From NCBI GenBank assembly GCA_951804945.1, contig OX638154.1:57846001-57910000 (forward strand): DNA of 64,000 nucleotides, written 5' to 3'. Positions 1 to 11,160 of this stretch are shown here, piece by piece; the stretch's first letter is position 1; each line of letters begins with the position of its first letter. Below the pieces are notes generated by a model. It saw only the letters and a program-made list of their open reading frames with translations, did no database searches and had not been told where the DNA came from. This stretch comes from Podarcis cretensis (Eukaryota). The position numbers were made by a program, and so were the translations under genes.

Positions 1-469
1 TGTGATTGGCCAGCCAATCAGGATTTTTTTTAAAAAAAAAAAGAATTGTTTTCCTTCACTTCTCACTTCCCTTTGTTGCCCTCTAGCCTTGTGCTGCAGC
101 CCCCCCATTTATGTGATGTTCACCAATATCTCATTTGGAATATCCGGGGTGGGGGCGGTTAGGAAACACTGACCTACAATATGGGGCTTGAACCCACATC
201 CCAGAGATTTTCTACCAATCTGAGTTCTTGTATAGAATTGGTAAATTAATAAGAATGATGATGATGTTTGTGAAAATAAATGCATATTAAGATTGTCTCC
301 TTTTGCCTGATACTTTACAAGGTATTTTTTCCCTTCCAGAATGGAAATTAACCCATTTGATTACAACACTCATTTCTGAAATAAATCCATGCACATAAGC
401 CAAAAGATAGAGCCAGACGACAGTAATTAAGCACTTGGCAGCAAGTGCAGAAATTGGCCAAATTCATAT

Positions 470-900
470 GCTTAGATTACTGTAGTGCTCTTTTCATAGG
501 GTTGCCTTTGACAACAGTCCAGAAACTTGGACTGGTGCAAACTAAAATACTAGAATGCATGTGAAAGGCAGGGCTTTAGGCAATTTTCAGTTGTGTTATT
601 CATCTTATGTCTGGAAGTGCTGACACTAACCTTTAAAACATTGACTGGTTTGTAATCAGATGATCTGAAGAACCCCTTCTATCTGTATGGATTTTTCTTT
701 GCAACCCTATTCACACTCACCACTAAGGTCAGTCTAGCAGACAGGTACCCGAGATAGGGCATTTGCTTGGTGGTACAAACCTCTTGAATTTAATTTCCCA
801 ATAACTCTGCTTGGCCTTTCTTGTGTCGTTAAGTAGACGACCCTAAAGACTTTTTCACATCATCAAAATTTGCATTTATTTTTAATTGACCTGTATATGA
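470..900 (+). mobile_element. Old L2-type LINE fragment
   Basis: LDYCSALFIGLPLTTVQKLGLVQ-like translation near 470-540 and VLTLTFK near 616; degraded. Confidence 0.55.
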
Positions 901-1966
901 TTTTGTATATAGCTATTTTTATCATATCAATTGTTTCAAGCTTAATTGCAAGCTAACTAGTGCAAGCTTTCCCTAAAAGTCAGAACCAGAATGTATGAAA
1001 TAACTAACTGTGGCTTATTGTACATACTGATACCAGCAGTCACTACAATCCCAGGTTCTGTTCACAGAAACAGCTACCACATTACTGCATTGGGTGAAGC
1101 TCATATGAATATACCACTTCTGTACATCATAATTACTATGGTTCCCACGATGGCTGTAGCATTTTTTCCAGTTATTGATATGACTGGACAACTAAGACAG
1201 GCGCCTACAGAGAGTTTACACAGAACTTCTGTTTTACAGAAATGGTGAGCCCAAACGAAGTATCAGGGCTATGATCTTCTGTGGATTGAGCAAATAAAAA
1301 TGGTACATAAACACACCATTAAATTTATTTGATAAATGCATGGTATTAATTATTAAGAGAGAATCTAATAGTGCCTTCTTGAGAATGTCATGCCACCTTT
1401 GGCCAAAGTATCAGCTGATTTCCAGATGTAGAGAACAGTCCACTAAACTAAGGCAGAAGAGTTTTTAAAATAATAAAATAAAATGATATATTGTATTAAA
1501 TGATTGAAAAATTTAATGTGTGTAAAGGCAACTCTTCATCAAAAAAAAAAGTTTTCATGGATGTAGTACATATAAAGTAATATCTGACCACAGCAGCTTG
1601 AATCTGCTAAAAACATACTATTTATGCCAGAAAGGGCTTTACATTTATGCACTGAAGGTTTTTTGGTGTTTTTAAAAAAACTTTTATAGCTCCTCATTCA
1701 ACATTCAGCAAGAAAGGCAATAGAAATCAGTTACCTATAGTAAACTATTATTTTACTGCAATGTTGTTGTTACGCTATTTTATTGCTGTAAACCACTTGG
1801 GAGATTTTTTTGTCTTGAAATGAAATGTATTGCATACCATTTCATAATTACATCAAGGAAAGCATGCCAGTAAGTTCACTATAACTTGCTAACATAGGAT
1901 TTCCCCTTGTGTGCAGTAAGTTGGTCACCCTTACTAAAAACTTTTTAAACAATTGTTACAAAGCTT

Positions 1967-2048
1967 GCAATCCTAGCCCCATTTACCTGGAAGAAAGTCC
2001 CACTGAATTCAATAGGGCTTACAACAGAGTATACATGGTTAGGATTGT
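1967..2048. repeat. Short palindromic interspersed repeat (about 85 bp); copies at about 5835, 18625, 19179, 21156, 24420, 29513, 35214
   Basis: GCAATCCTA...TTTAC...AAGTCCCACTGAATTCAATAGGGCTTAC...TAGGATTG, self-complementary around a central GAATTC-like axis. Confidence 0.65.
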
Positions 2049-2357
2049 GCTGTTACTGGAAGATGTGAGCGCTATTACTGTAGAAACATTAAAAGTCATT
2101 TTATTTTCATAATAACAGGCAAATTTGTTAGACCCATTCTCATTTAACTTTGCTGAATTAAATGCTTAGAAAATAGTGTTAGGTACACAACTACTGAATG
2201 TAATGAGATTTTTAAAAACTACAGATGTCTATGCATGAAAACATGTAGGAAAAAAGAATGAAACATTCAACAGTAACTTCACAAATTCAACATTATGCCT
2301 TTAGCCCCTCATAGAAGTTACTGTTATCTCAAAATGAAATGAAAAATAAAAATCCAT

Positions 2358-2363
2358 TTTATT
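2358..2363 (-). terminator. Candidate TXNDC12 polyadenylation signal (AATAAA on minus strand)
   Basis: TTTATT on plus, about 820 nt past the stop, followed on the minus strand by a U-rich tract. Other TTTATT hexamers exist (near 2960, 3013, 1324), so the choice is uncertain. Confidence 0.4.
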
Positions 2364-3185
2364 GTTTACCCAGATACAAAAATACAGTACAATATGATGA
2401 AGCAAGGCATCCACCGAGAACATTCAGCAAGTTAAGAGATTTTCACACTAAATACTTCATTACATTTTCTCTTCTATTCACAAAAGAATTAAAAGACAAA
2501 AGCACAAATGGGAAAGCTATGTTTCTGTCTAAATGTAACCAAAGGAGCAGCAGGCAATTCTGTAAGGAAAAGAAAAACAATTTTGTACTTCCAATGTTCT
2601 TCATGCTGCTCCTTGGGCAGGTGGGAAAATAACTCTACTTGGTGTAGCATTCATGACAGAATTATTAGTTTAGTACAGTGGGTTTGGTAAAAGTTCATAC
2701 TGAACAATAAAAGCAAGATTGTTGTAATCCTAAACATTAATATCTAGAAGTTCCTACTGAAATAAGCAAGACTAAGCCTGTTTATGATAAAAGGAATAGA
2801 TGATTCTATTAAGACCAATGTCCTCATCACAAACCAGATACCAGCCTTTACCTCATAGAGAATAAGCAATTTTAAAAGAGTTAGGCCTTAAACTCCACTG
2901 AAACTGTGGTTTATAATATGCTCAAGGTTGAAACATTCATTCATCAGTAAGTATTTTAGCTTTATTTATCCTATAAACAGGCATTTCAATGTAAACAAGA
3001 GAGGACAGAGTTATTTATTTTGATTTCACTGTCTGAAAAATTAGATAGTATTTGATCGAACAAGTTATCAGTAGGAAAAAGCTCGTATCAGTGCATCTAC
3101 AATTCCTCATTGGGGAAAAAGGAGGGGGGAAAGAGTCATATATCATTTTAGATTCTGAATTTATATAAAACAGATCCCCAGTGTA

Positions 3186-3265
3186 TTATAATTCATCTCC
3201 AAGATGTTTCTTCCTGAAAGCATCGCCTGTCAGCTTCTCTTGGGCTTCCTTCATGCCTTGGATGA
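3186..3265 (-). CDS. TXNDC12: TXNDC12 coding exon 7 (terminal, GDEL-stop)
   Basis: ttacag|TC ATC CAA... encodes [26 protein letters not shown] then TAA at 3188-3186. Confidence 0.96.
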
Positions 3266-4190
3266 CTGTAATATTAAACATAAAAGATGCTTAGTACTTG
3301 GTTCAGTTCAATTGACATGAATAGGAGAGAAATTCATCCAGTTTGCATTTAAAACTTGCCTAATTCACATTTTCTGAGACAATATCAAAACACAGCCAAC
3401 CTTCAAAATTTTTACTTCTCTGGATTTTGCAGTCCAGTTCTCTAGCGAAGTAAAACATATAAAAATGTATATACTAGTGTAAAGTGTGCATAAAAATGCA
3501 TATATTGGTAAAAACAGCCTATAAAATGCATTATATTTTTTGCTGTGCAAAAAGGTGTATATCATTTATGCCAAGGAATCTTCATGAGTATTTAAAAAAA
3601 AAATAATAATCACAAATTGCTGTGGAAATTTGGAGAACGGGAGAGATGAAAACATAAGAAACTGAGGGTGGAATTCAACGTTGCACTATGATGAACATCC
3701 CATCTGTCTAAGCATTGCTCTCTCCTCCCACAGTCTGCTGCTCTGAGGGCTCTCCACACTGCATCCCAGCCAATTGTGGGGGGCACAGGGGAAGGAGGGA
3801 GGAAAGCCTTGTGCAAGCAGAATAACAGGGCTTGTCAGATGAACCCTGACCTACGAGAAGGCAAAACAGACACATTCCCCCCATTTCTAGAAATGCCTCC
3901 CATTTCTTAAGCTCAATTATTCCATTATCCCCCTAACAGAAGATGTGAAAAAGAACAAGTCTGTCAAATCTCCTCTCTTTCGCCAATATTCTGATGTAAC
4001 TTAGGAGTCTGACAGAATCCTAAACGTGTACGCTTAAACTTACACCATTTATACACAATGGTAATCAGGTATAATTCAATATAGTTCTGAACTGCAAATT
4101 AATCAGAACACCTGTAGTGAAATACAAGAGCTGCCAGGGCTACTATAGCCATCTGAGATAATGTCCAATTTGAGCTTAATTCACATGCAC

Positions 4191-4274
4191 CTTGTTCAGC
4201 ATTGGTATAAAAGTACTTGTAGCTGGGGTTTCCTTTCTCATTTATGATCTCTGGATGGATGTTTCCGCTGGGAT
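4191..4274 (-). CDS. TXNDC12: TXNDC12 coding exon 6
   Basis: ttgtag|AT CCC... encodes [28 protein letters not shown]; G|gtgcat donor; 84 nt; lies inside track ORF 4099..4485. Confidence 0.97.
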
Positions 4275-4368
4275 CTACAAAAAACAGAGAGAACAAATGA
4301 AAACATCCATGTAATGACAACAGCAACGCAGTCCTCCAAGAGGGATAAGAAGCTGCCTCATGCCTCAC

Positions 4369-4438
4369 CCATGAAAATGATTCTGGGAATGTAACCACCA
4401 TCAGGACTAAAAGCTTCATCTTTGGGTTCCTCTTCATC
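4369..4438 (-). CDS. TXNDC12: TXNDC12 coding exon 5
   Basis: tttcag|GAT GAA... encodes [23 protein letters not shown]; G|gtgag donor; 70 nt. Confidence 0.97.
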
Positions 4439-4744
4439 CTGAAAGTTAAAAAGATAAAGTAAAGGAACATTAGGACTATTTCCACGGAAATCTATCTTTA
4501 TTGTTTAACCAAAGGGAAGATCCACAGCTCTGTGGAAGTGCAATTGCCTTGGATGCAAAGTTTCTCAAGCGCAACCTTTGGCATTTCAAGGTACAGAGAT
4601 CCATTCTGCAAGATGGATGCCACAGTTGGATATCACCCCTCGAAAGAAGGGCAAGTCACTGCAATTGTTCATCAGTAATATTTCTTTGTGAAAACAGCAG
4701 ACTATTACTTTGACAATAATAGTTTGTTCATTCATTCAACAACA

Positions 4745-5449
4745 CAGTGGTACCTTGGTTTTAGAACAGCTTAGTTTATGAACAACTTGGAAATAGAACG
4801 CTGCAAACCTGGAAGTAGGTGTTCTGGTTTGTGAACTTTGCCTTGGAAGCTGAACATGTTCCACTTCCTGTTGAGTGTGTTCTGTTTGTAAATTGAGTCC
4901 CCCACTGCTAATCAGAGGCTTCCTGTTGAGTGTGTTGGCTGTTGAGTCCCGAGCACCCACACAAAACAGAGGTGATATTTGGAGCTTTTGTTTTTGCTAT
5001 TTTTTGCATTTTTGTTTGTATGGCTTTTTTGTTGTTTTGACTGTGACTTGTTCTTCATTTTATGGCACTGACTTGTGACTGTGTGGAACCCAGTTCAGCT
5101 ACTGATTGTGTGACTGCAGAAATGGATAAAAGCCACCCCCATCCAAACAATGACTATCATCAGTGCACATAAGAATAAAAATTAATTTTAATTTTTATCT
5201 ACAATTTAATTTTACTTTTGTCTCATTTATTTTATAGTACAGTACACTGATTATTGCTTTAATTTTATGGATCAATGGTCTCGTTAGATAGTAAAATTCA
5301 TGTTAAATTGCTGTTTTAGGGGTTGTTTCTGCAATGGATTAATCCATTTTGCATTACTTTCTATGGGAAAGCACGCCTTGGTTTTGGAACGCTTTGGTTT
5401 AGGAACAGACTTCCAGGACGGATTAAGTTTGGGAACCAAGGTACCACTG
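4745..5449. mobile_element. Tc1/mariner-superfamily non-autonomous element (MITE), about 705 bp
   Basis: TIRs CAGTGGTACCTTGGTT...AACCAAGGTACCACTG; TA on the right flank; in TXNDC12 intron 4. Confidence 0.82.
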
Positions 5450-5631
5450 TACTAAGGATGTGCAATGTAAAATAATGGATAAATCAATGGAGGTGTCATC
5501 ATCCCCCCCCGAAATACAGACAATGTTTTATGTTTGCTTTCTGTATCTTAAATTGTCTCAGAAAGTTCCAAGGAAGAATATGGGGAAATGCTTCGTTTCA
5601 GTATCTTAGCAACTATCCAACTGAAACTTAC

Positions 5632-5705
5632 CTCAAGGTTGACCATCACGAAATTATGGGCAAGCTCTGAGATTTCCTTAGATTCCGAAAACTTTGGTTT
5701 TAAAG
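5632..5705 (-). CDS. TXNDC12: TXNDC12 coding exon 4
   Basis: cttag|CT TTA AAA... encodes [25 protein letters not shown]; gtaag donor; 74 nt. Confidence 0.97.
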
Positions 5706-6394
5706 CTAAGAAAAACATAGAAAGGAAAAATTAATCAGGAAAGAGAACAAGTGTCATAATTCTTATACACATGCCTCTAATCACAAGGGGCCCTAACCCT
5801 GCTAAATCAGACTCATGGGAACAATTGTCTCATACCTAAATTGCACTCTAGATTTCAGTAGGACTTAAGCATGACTAACTTTAGTTAGATCACAACCAGA
5901 ATCAGTCATCAAAATCTTCGCATTTAAATAAAAAGAAACAGCCCTTGTTACTTTTGTTAATATACCTAATACAAAGAAAAAGTGATACAAAACAGTTGTA
6001 TACAAGTATAAAAAGCCGAAGAAACATAAGCAATGCTCTCTTGATTTTTTCCAATAAAAAACACAAAATAAATGGTCACTCTTAAACTAAAAGTATTTTT
6101 ACATTTTCATTGGTGTTTGAAGTAAGTTTGTTCATCAGTGTAGTACATGTCTAATCTTTACTCTCTGAACTTTGGCTCACAGAATCCAAATAGTAAAAGC
6201 TTAGGCAGCTTTTCAGCTAGCATTTAGCCGCAGCTGTATCTAGAAAAAACCCCTACCTTATAAGTATAGTTTTATTTATGAAGACAATACATACATGCTA
6301 TACTCTGTAAGATTACACTTTCTCCTACAAATGTTATGTATCTATCTAATTAGAAGATTCTGAAGTGCTCTCAGGGAATGTTAATTTATCTTAC

Positions 6395-6447
6395 CTTTGC
6401 AAGCACCACACCAGGATTTGTGAATGATTATCATGAGAGGCAACCCA
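6395..6447 (-). CDS. TXNDC12: TXNDC12 coding exon 3 (WCGAC thioredoxin active site)
   Basis: tttttag|T GGG TTG... encodes GLPLMIIIHKSWCGACK; G|gtaag donor; 53 nt. Confidence 0.97.
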
Positions 6448-8835
6448 CTAAAAAAAAAGACATTGAAATGCTCCATTAATGTACTCCAGTACTCTTAAGA
6501 CTTACTTCTGAGTAAACATGCACAATATTGTTCTATACGGTGCAACTGCAGAATGAAATTTATATAAGGAAGGGAGTTCCATTGTAGCTTCATTAAGATT
6601 AAAGATTTATTAAGAACAAGGTTAATATGTCCTACTCTTTTATACTTAATAAAAGATTAGTCAATTGTCCACCTTACAGGAAAAGGAGGTCTAGTTTACT
6701 CAAGTGATTTCACTTTTAGATATGCAAGTGATTTATAGGATTAAACCTGGAATTCACAATGTGTAAAGCTTTCTTAGGCACTATTGTGTTTGTCAGAGGT
6801 GCGGTAAAAAAAATAAATCCAAGAAAACCTAAAAGGGAGCAATATTTGTAGGTCTAAGAGCTGCACACTAAACTCTATGGACAATGAACAAGAAGTGCAA
6901 GTCTTTCATGTGTTGCCTTAATTGCCCAGCCATCTTCTATCCAGCCCTCACTCATAATTGCCCATTTATCTAATGTTACATTTTTGCACATCACCTGCTT
7001 TGCCCACAACCCACATATACTTGCTATTATTATTTTGTTGTGCCTTATGGGAGGACTGGGGAACCTGTGGTCCTCAATACATTGTTGGACTCCAACTCCC
7101 ATCATCCCTGACTATTAGCCATGGTGGCCGGGGCTGTGCCCCACCATTCCTCCCCATTTGACCAAGGAGACTGCTTCCCCCCAAACCACGTCCAGCTGCC
7201 CCACACTTGATATCACATGTCCTGGATGGATCCTGCATCAACTGCTTACACAGCTGATCCCTGCAGAAAGCAAGACTGAGCATCAGCTGATGTGCAAGGA
7301 GTTCAGTGTTGTAATAAAGAAGCCAATTTTCTAAAGGTCTCTACATTTGTGAGCTAGTTGGGTTTTTCATTATCCAAAGTTCTTGTCCACAGCACAACTG
7401 TAACAGAAAAATGTCAGCTCCTGTTAATGGCGCAATAAGATAGGTCATAGCTGAATCCCTTTCCAAAGCATGGCAGAGGTCATCTTTACAGTTGGCCAAG
7501 GAAAGTGTCATTAGTCCCAGAACCTTTGAAGTTGAAGGCTTCTAACTCCTCACTGGAAGATGCACGTCAGGTATAGTAGCTGCCCATAGTAGCAGCCTGT
7601 GTGCAGTGGTGGAGCCATCATCCCAACATTAGTGCTACTGAAGCTGGGGGCTGCACAGATGCGCTAGCAGGAGGACAAGATTGACTCCACTGGTGCATCC
7701 ACCCCAATCTTGCTACCACCTCACCCCAGCCCTGTCCAGGTAAGCTGCAGTGACACCAGTGGAAGGAGGGCGGCCCCACACAACCACACAGGTCGCAACT
7801 GGCTGCCTAGCTGGGGCAGTTTCTTTTCTTCTTGTCTCAAATGCACCATGGCATAGCTGAGAAACCGCTGTGGAAGCTGCTATTAGTTCCAAGCACAAAA
7901 TAAGCATACTCTCTCCCGAATCTCAAACTCCTGACATTCACCTGTGAAAATCTATCCTCAAAATATGTCACACTAAAAGCTGGAAACAACAGAAGTTGAA
8001 AGGCACCATGTAGTGCTCACAACGTGCCACCCAAGTGTTGTAAATATGACCAAAGCCCTAATCTCTATGTCATTTTAAGCAAAACTGTACTCAGGTATAC
8101 CAGTGATCATCACTAAAACATTTTCATATCGAAGCACAGATTGTCCCTTTAAAAGGATGTTATTTCCATGTGCTAACTTAAAAAGCAATTAAAGAAGAAT
8201 ATCAATTAATTGCATGAAATCCCAGCTGTATGGTTGAACTCAAGGTCATCAATTTGTCAGTCTCTGAATAATTTCACATCTTCTTGTGTAAGGCTGGAGA
8301 TCAAGTTCTTACAAAAGGCTATTACTGATACTAATCTGCACCTTCAGGTTTTTAGGTTGTGACTGCAATTCTTTTGCTTAAGTAATCCAGTTCCAAACAC
8401 GTTTAGACAGGCCTAATTCTGCATGGGAGTCAACTGAGAGTTTTCCAGAATATTTTTTCCCTGTTGGTTTTAATTTTATTAGATTTTTTTGAAAAATACT
8501 AACAGAGAGGGAAAAGTTCAATTGAATTTCCTAGGACTACAAAACAAACTTGGTTTAGGTTTGGACTATCTATCTCATCAGAAGGGGAAAAGCAGCATAT
8601 ACAGCTCACAACCTAAAGCAAATTTACTTTGGTGTGGCAGAAGTTGTTTTTATGTATGTATAAACTCTGCATCTTTTGAGTGTAGCGATAAGCCAGGACG
8701 TTGTTTAATAGTAAGGCTAACCTTATGAAATTTACATCTCAGTTCACTTATTTGGAAGCAATTATTATGGATAATAGGGAAATTAACTTCCAAATAAGCC
8801 AGTTTTAAGGTTGTAGTCCCGCTTGCACAAGATAC

Positions 8836-8896
8836 CTGGCTGCAGCTTCCTTTTTCCCATCTTCCAGCGTCCTCCAGTGAATATGATCTCCAAAAC
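8836..8896 (-). CDS. TXNDC12: TXNDC12 coding exon 2
   Basis: ttcaag|GT TTT GGA... encodes [21 protein letters not shown]; AG|gtatc donor; 61 nt. Confidence 0.97.
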
Positions 8897-8970
8897 CTTG
8901 AAAGAAAAGGGGGAATATATGTTGCATAATTTAAAGCATCAGTTACAGAAGATAAAAACAATTTTCTATA

Positions 8971-9201
8971 CAGTGGTACCTCAGGTTAAGTACTTAATTC
9001 GTTCCGGAGGTTTGATCTTAACCTGAAACTGTTCTTAACCTGAAGCACCACTTTAGCTAATGGGGCCTCCTGCTGCCGCTGCGCCATTGCTGCACAATTT
9101 CTGTTCTCATCCTGAAGCAAAGTTCTTAACCCGAGGGGTTAGCGGAGTCTGTAACCTGAAGCGTATGTAACCTGAAGCATATGTAACCCGAGGTACCACT
9201 G
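8971..9201. mobile_element. Tc1/mariner-type MITE
   Basis: TA|CAGTGGTACCTCAGGTTA...TAACCCGAGGTACCACTG|TA; internal TAACCTGAAG repeats. Confidence 0.88.
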
Positions 9202-9595
9202 TATATCACCACATACGAAGAAATAAATGCTTTTAGAATGGCAATCTAAGATACCATTCCTACGAACATCAAGGAAGTTTGAAGTTATTCCAAGCAAGCA
9301 ATTCTCTTTCCTAAAGGATTTATACATATCTTTTTATTTGAACTGAACTCTGAAAACAAAAAGGGCCCTGGAAACTGCCACCCTGAGCAACTCATGGCCT
9401 AGACTAGAGAAACTACAGTACTCTCTTGAAATCAACTATTTTCCCAATAGTAGATGCAAACTATAAGAATCGTATTTGTTATCACAGATAGCTTAGGGAT
9501 GATCACACCCTAAACCTTTCTGCTTATTTTTTGCGAAGCACAGGCATTTGAAAACATCATTAAAACAAAAGAGGAAATGAGAATTGGTATCTAAC

Positions 9596-9680
9596 CTTTT
9601 CCTAATGCTTCCCCAGCAGAAACTGCGACAAGCAATTGGCAAAGCAGGAAAGTCGACAGCGCTGCTAACTGAACCTTCAT
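9596..9680 (-). CDS. TXNDC12: TXNDC12 coding exon 1 (signal peptide)
   Basis: agcATG start; MKVQLAALSTFLLCQLLVAVSAGEALGK-G is a hydrophobic leader ending LGK as in orthologues; G|gttaga donor, phase 1 matches the next exon. Confidence 0.9.
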
Positions 9681-10199
9681 GCTGTATGCCAAAATCTTCA
9701 CCAGGACAATTACTCCAGCTCTGCCCAGCGATCCTCTTAAGCAATAGTATCTGATTAACCCAAGTCAGCTTCTTTGTTTAAGAGGAAGTGATGTTATCGG
9801 AAGGATATAGGAGGCGCTTCAGAGATTTGGGTCCGGGGTATTATTATATACACACATGTATAGTTCTCATGCTGTGCAGAAGAGTGTCTTCCTTTTTCCG
9901 CTCGGAATCTACGTAGGAATTTCTAAGTGTCTACGGAGTTGTTCGTTTCTCGTGCATTTCTAAAAGGCGAACTGTCCTAACTCTGGTCCGACGGCTCATG
10001 AAAGGCAACTGTAACATCAGCTCCCCAGTTCGAAGTACAGTCCTGCAGCAGGCTTGCTCTCATGCAAGTCCCTCTGCGTTCAGCGAGGCCTGTTCCCCAG
10101 GAAGAGCCCACGTAGGATTGGGGCCGTGGGCAAACTCAGTGGCACTTTGAAGGGGAGAGTCAGAAGCGGTGGGGAACTGATTCTTGAAAGGCTTTATTC

Positions 10200-11160
10200 T
10201 GATCAACGAAAGGAGGAGGTTGCCGGGGGGGGGCAGTAATTCCAAAACGCAAACAAGCTCTTTCCTATCATGCGCTACAAAAATATTCTAAAGAACAGCT
10301 TGTGCGCATTGCAAAAAAGCACCGCTCCATTCCTGCTAGCTGCTCCTAAGGATGACTACAACTCCCAGCATACATTGCTTCAGAGGCATTTTTCCCTATG
10401 TCCCTCTTCCCCACCCCCGGGCACGTCTATCCTGCTGCGCTCACTGCATTGCATTGAGGGCTGCCGTTTTATTGTCTAGGTAGGGAAAAACAGAAAGGAA
10501 GAACCAGGCTGTCTTCCTCCGCCGCCGCCCGTGTTATGCAAACGAGCCTCGCTTTCTTCCAATCGGGTGAGGGGGGCGGGGCCATGGTCCCGTGGTCCGA
10601 GGCCTCCCTTCCCTGGGCCCCTTTCTACCCCCACCCCCACACCTAAGCCGCCATCTTGTTCTTGCCGCGTGTTGCCTTCGGAGGGTTCTTCGGACTGAGG
10701 TGAAAACTTCCTGCTTGACCCCCTCCGCGCCCCGTTGCCCTTGCGCCCCTCACGGTCCCGACAGGTCGAGATTGCGGTTCCTCCGCCCCACACTCCGCTG
10801 TGCGCGCGCGGAGCGCCATGGGCGGTGGGAGGGGCTGCTGGTGGGCCGGAGAGAGTGGGCCTGGCAACTGGGCGCCTGCGGGGAGCCCTGGCTCCGCTGG
10901 GGAACGCCTTCCCCGAGGTCCGGCCCTTGGATGCAGAGGCCCCCCCCTCCCGTCCGCCACAGCGCCCGTTCAAGTCCACCCCCCCGGGTCAGGGTTGGTG
11001 CGCGCGGACCCTCCATCGCGGAAACCTTCCCGCAACAGAATCAGGCTTGCTGAGGACTCGCTCCACCTCCTCGCCCAAAGCACTTTAGGGCCAGCAGGAT
11101 CCTGCGCTGGCCCAGGTCGCACTGCACCCAAAATGTGGGTTACGCCTGGGCGTAGGGCAT
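10200..11160. promoter_or_regulatory. CpG island / bidirectional promoter shared by TXNDC12 (-) and BTF3L4 (+)
   Basis: GC- and CpG-rich stretch between the divergent genes, with ACTACAACTCCCAGCA (ZNF143/SBS-type, 10355-10370), CCAAT (10559-10563), GC box GGGGCGGGGC (about 10573-10582) and YY1 motif CCGCCATCTT (10648-10657). Confidence 0.85.
10640..10699 (+). other. BTF3L4: BTF3L4 non-coding exon 1 (5' end approximate)
   Basis: YY1-type GCCGCCATCTTG near the start, ending GGACTGAG|gtgaaa at a donor inside the CpG island. TSS cannot be determined from sequence alone. Confidence 0.65.

Larger units (their letters stand above)
3186..9680 (-). other. TXNDC12: TXNDC12 (ERp18/ERp19) gene, complete coding span; join(complement 9596-9680, 8836-8896, 6395-6447, 5632-5705, 4369-4438, 4191-4274, 3186-3265), 507 nt, 168 aa
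   Basis: Seven exons, all with GT-AG boundaries and consistent phases. The spliced protein [168 protein letters not shown] is recognisably ERp18. Confidence 0.97.

Noticed and set aside
3-20. Back-to-back CCAAT palindrome TGATTGGC-CA-GCCAATCA as a promoter (for example RAB3B)
   Set aside because: At the window edge with no CpG island or exon visible; cannot be supported.
180-225. tRNA-Lys-like sequence (also 39025-39080) as a tRNA gene
   Set aside because: Anticodon arm is deleted or mutated, and the 39-kb copy is joined to a CR1-type tail; these are SINE heads.
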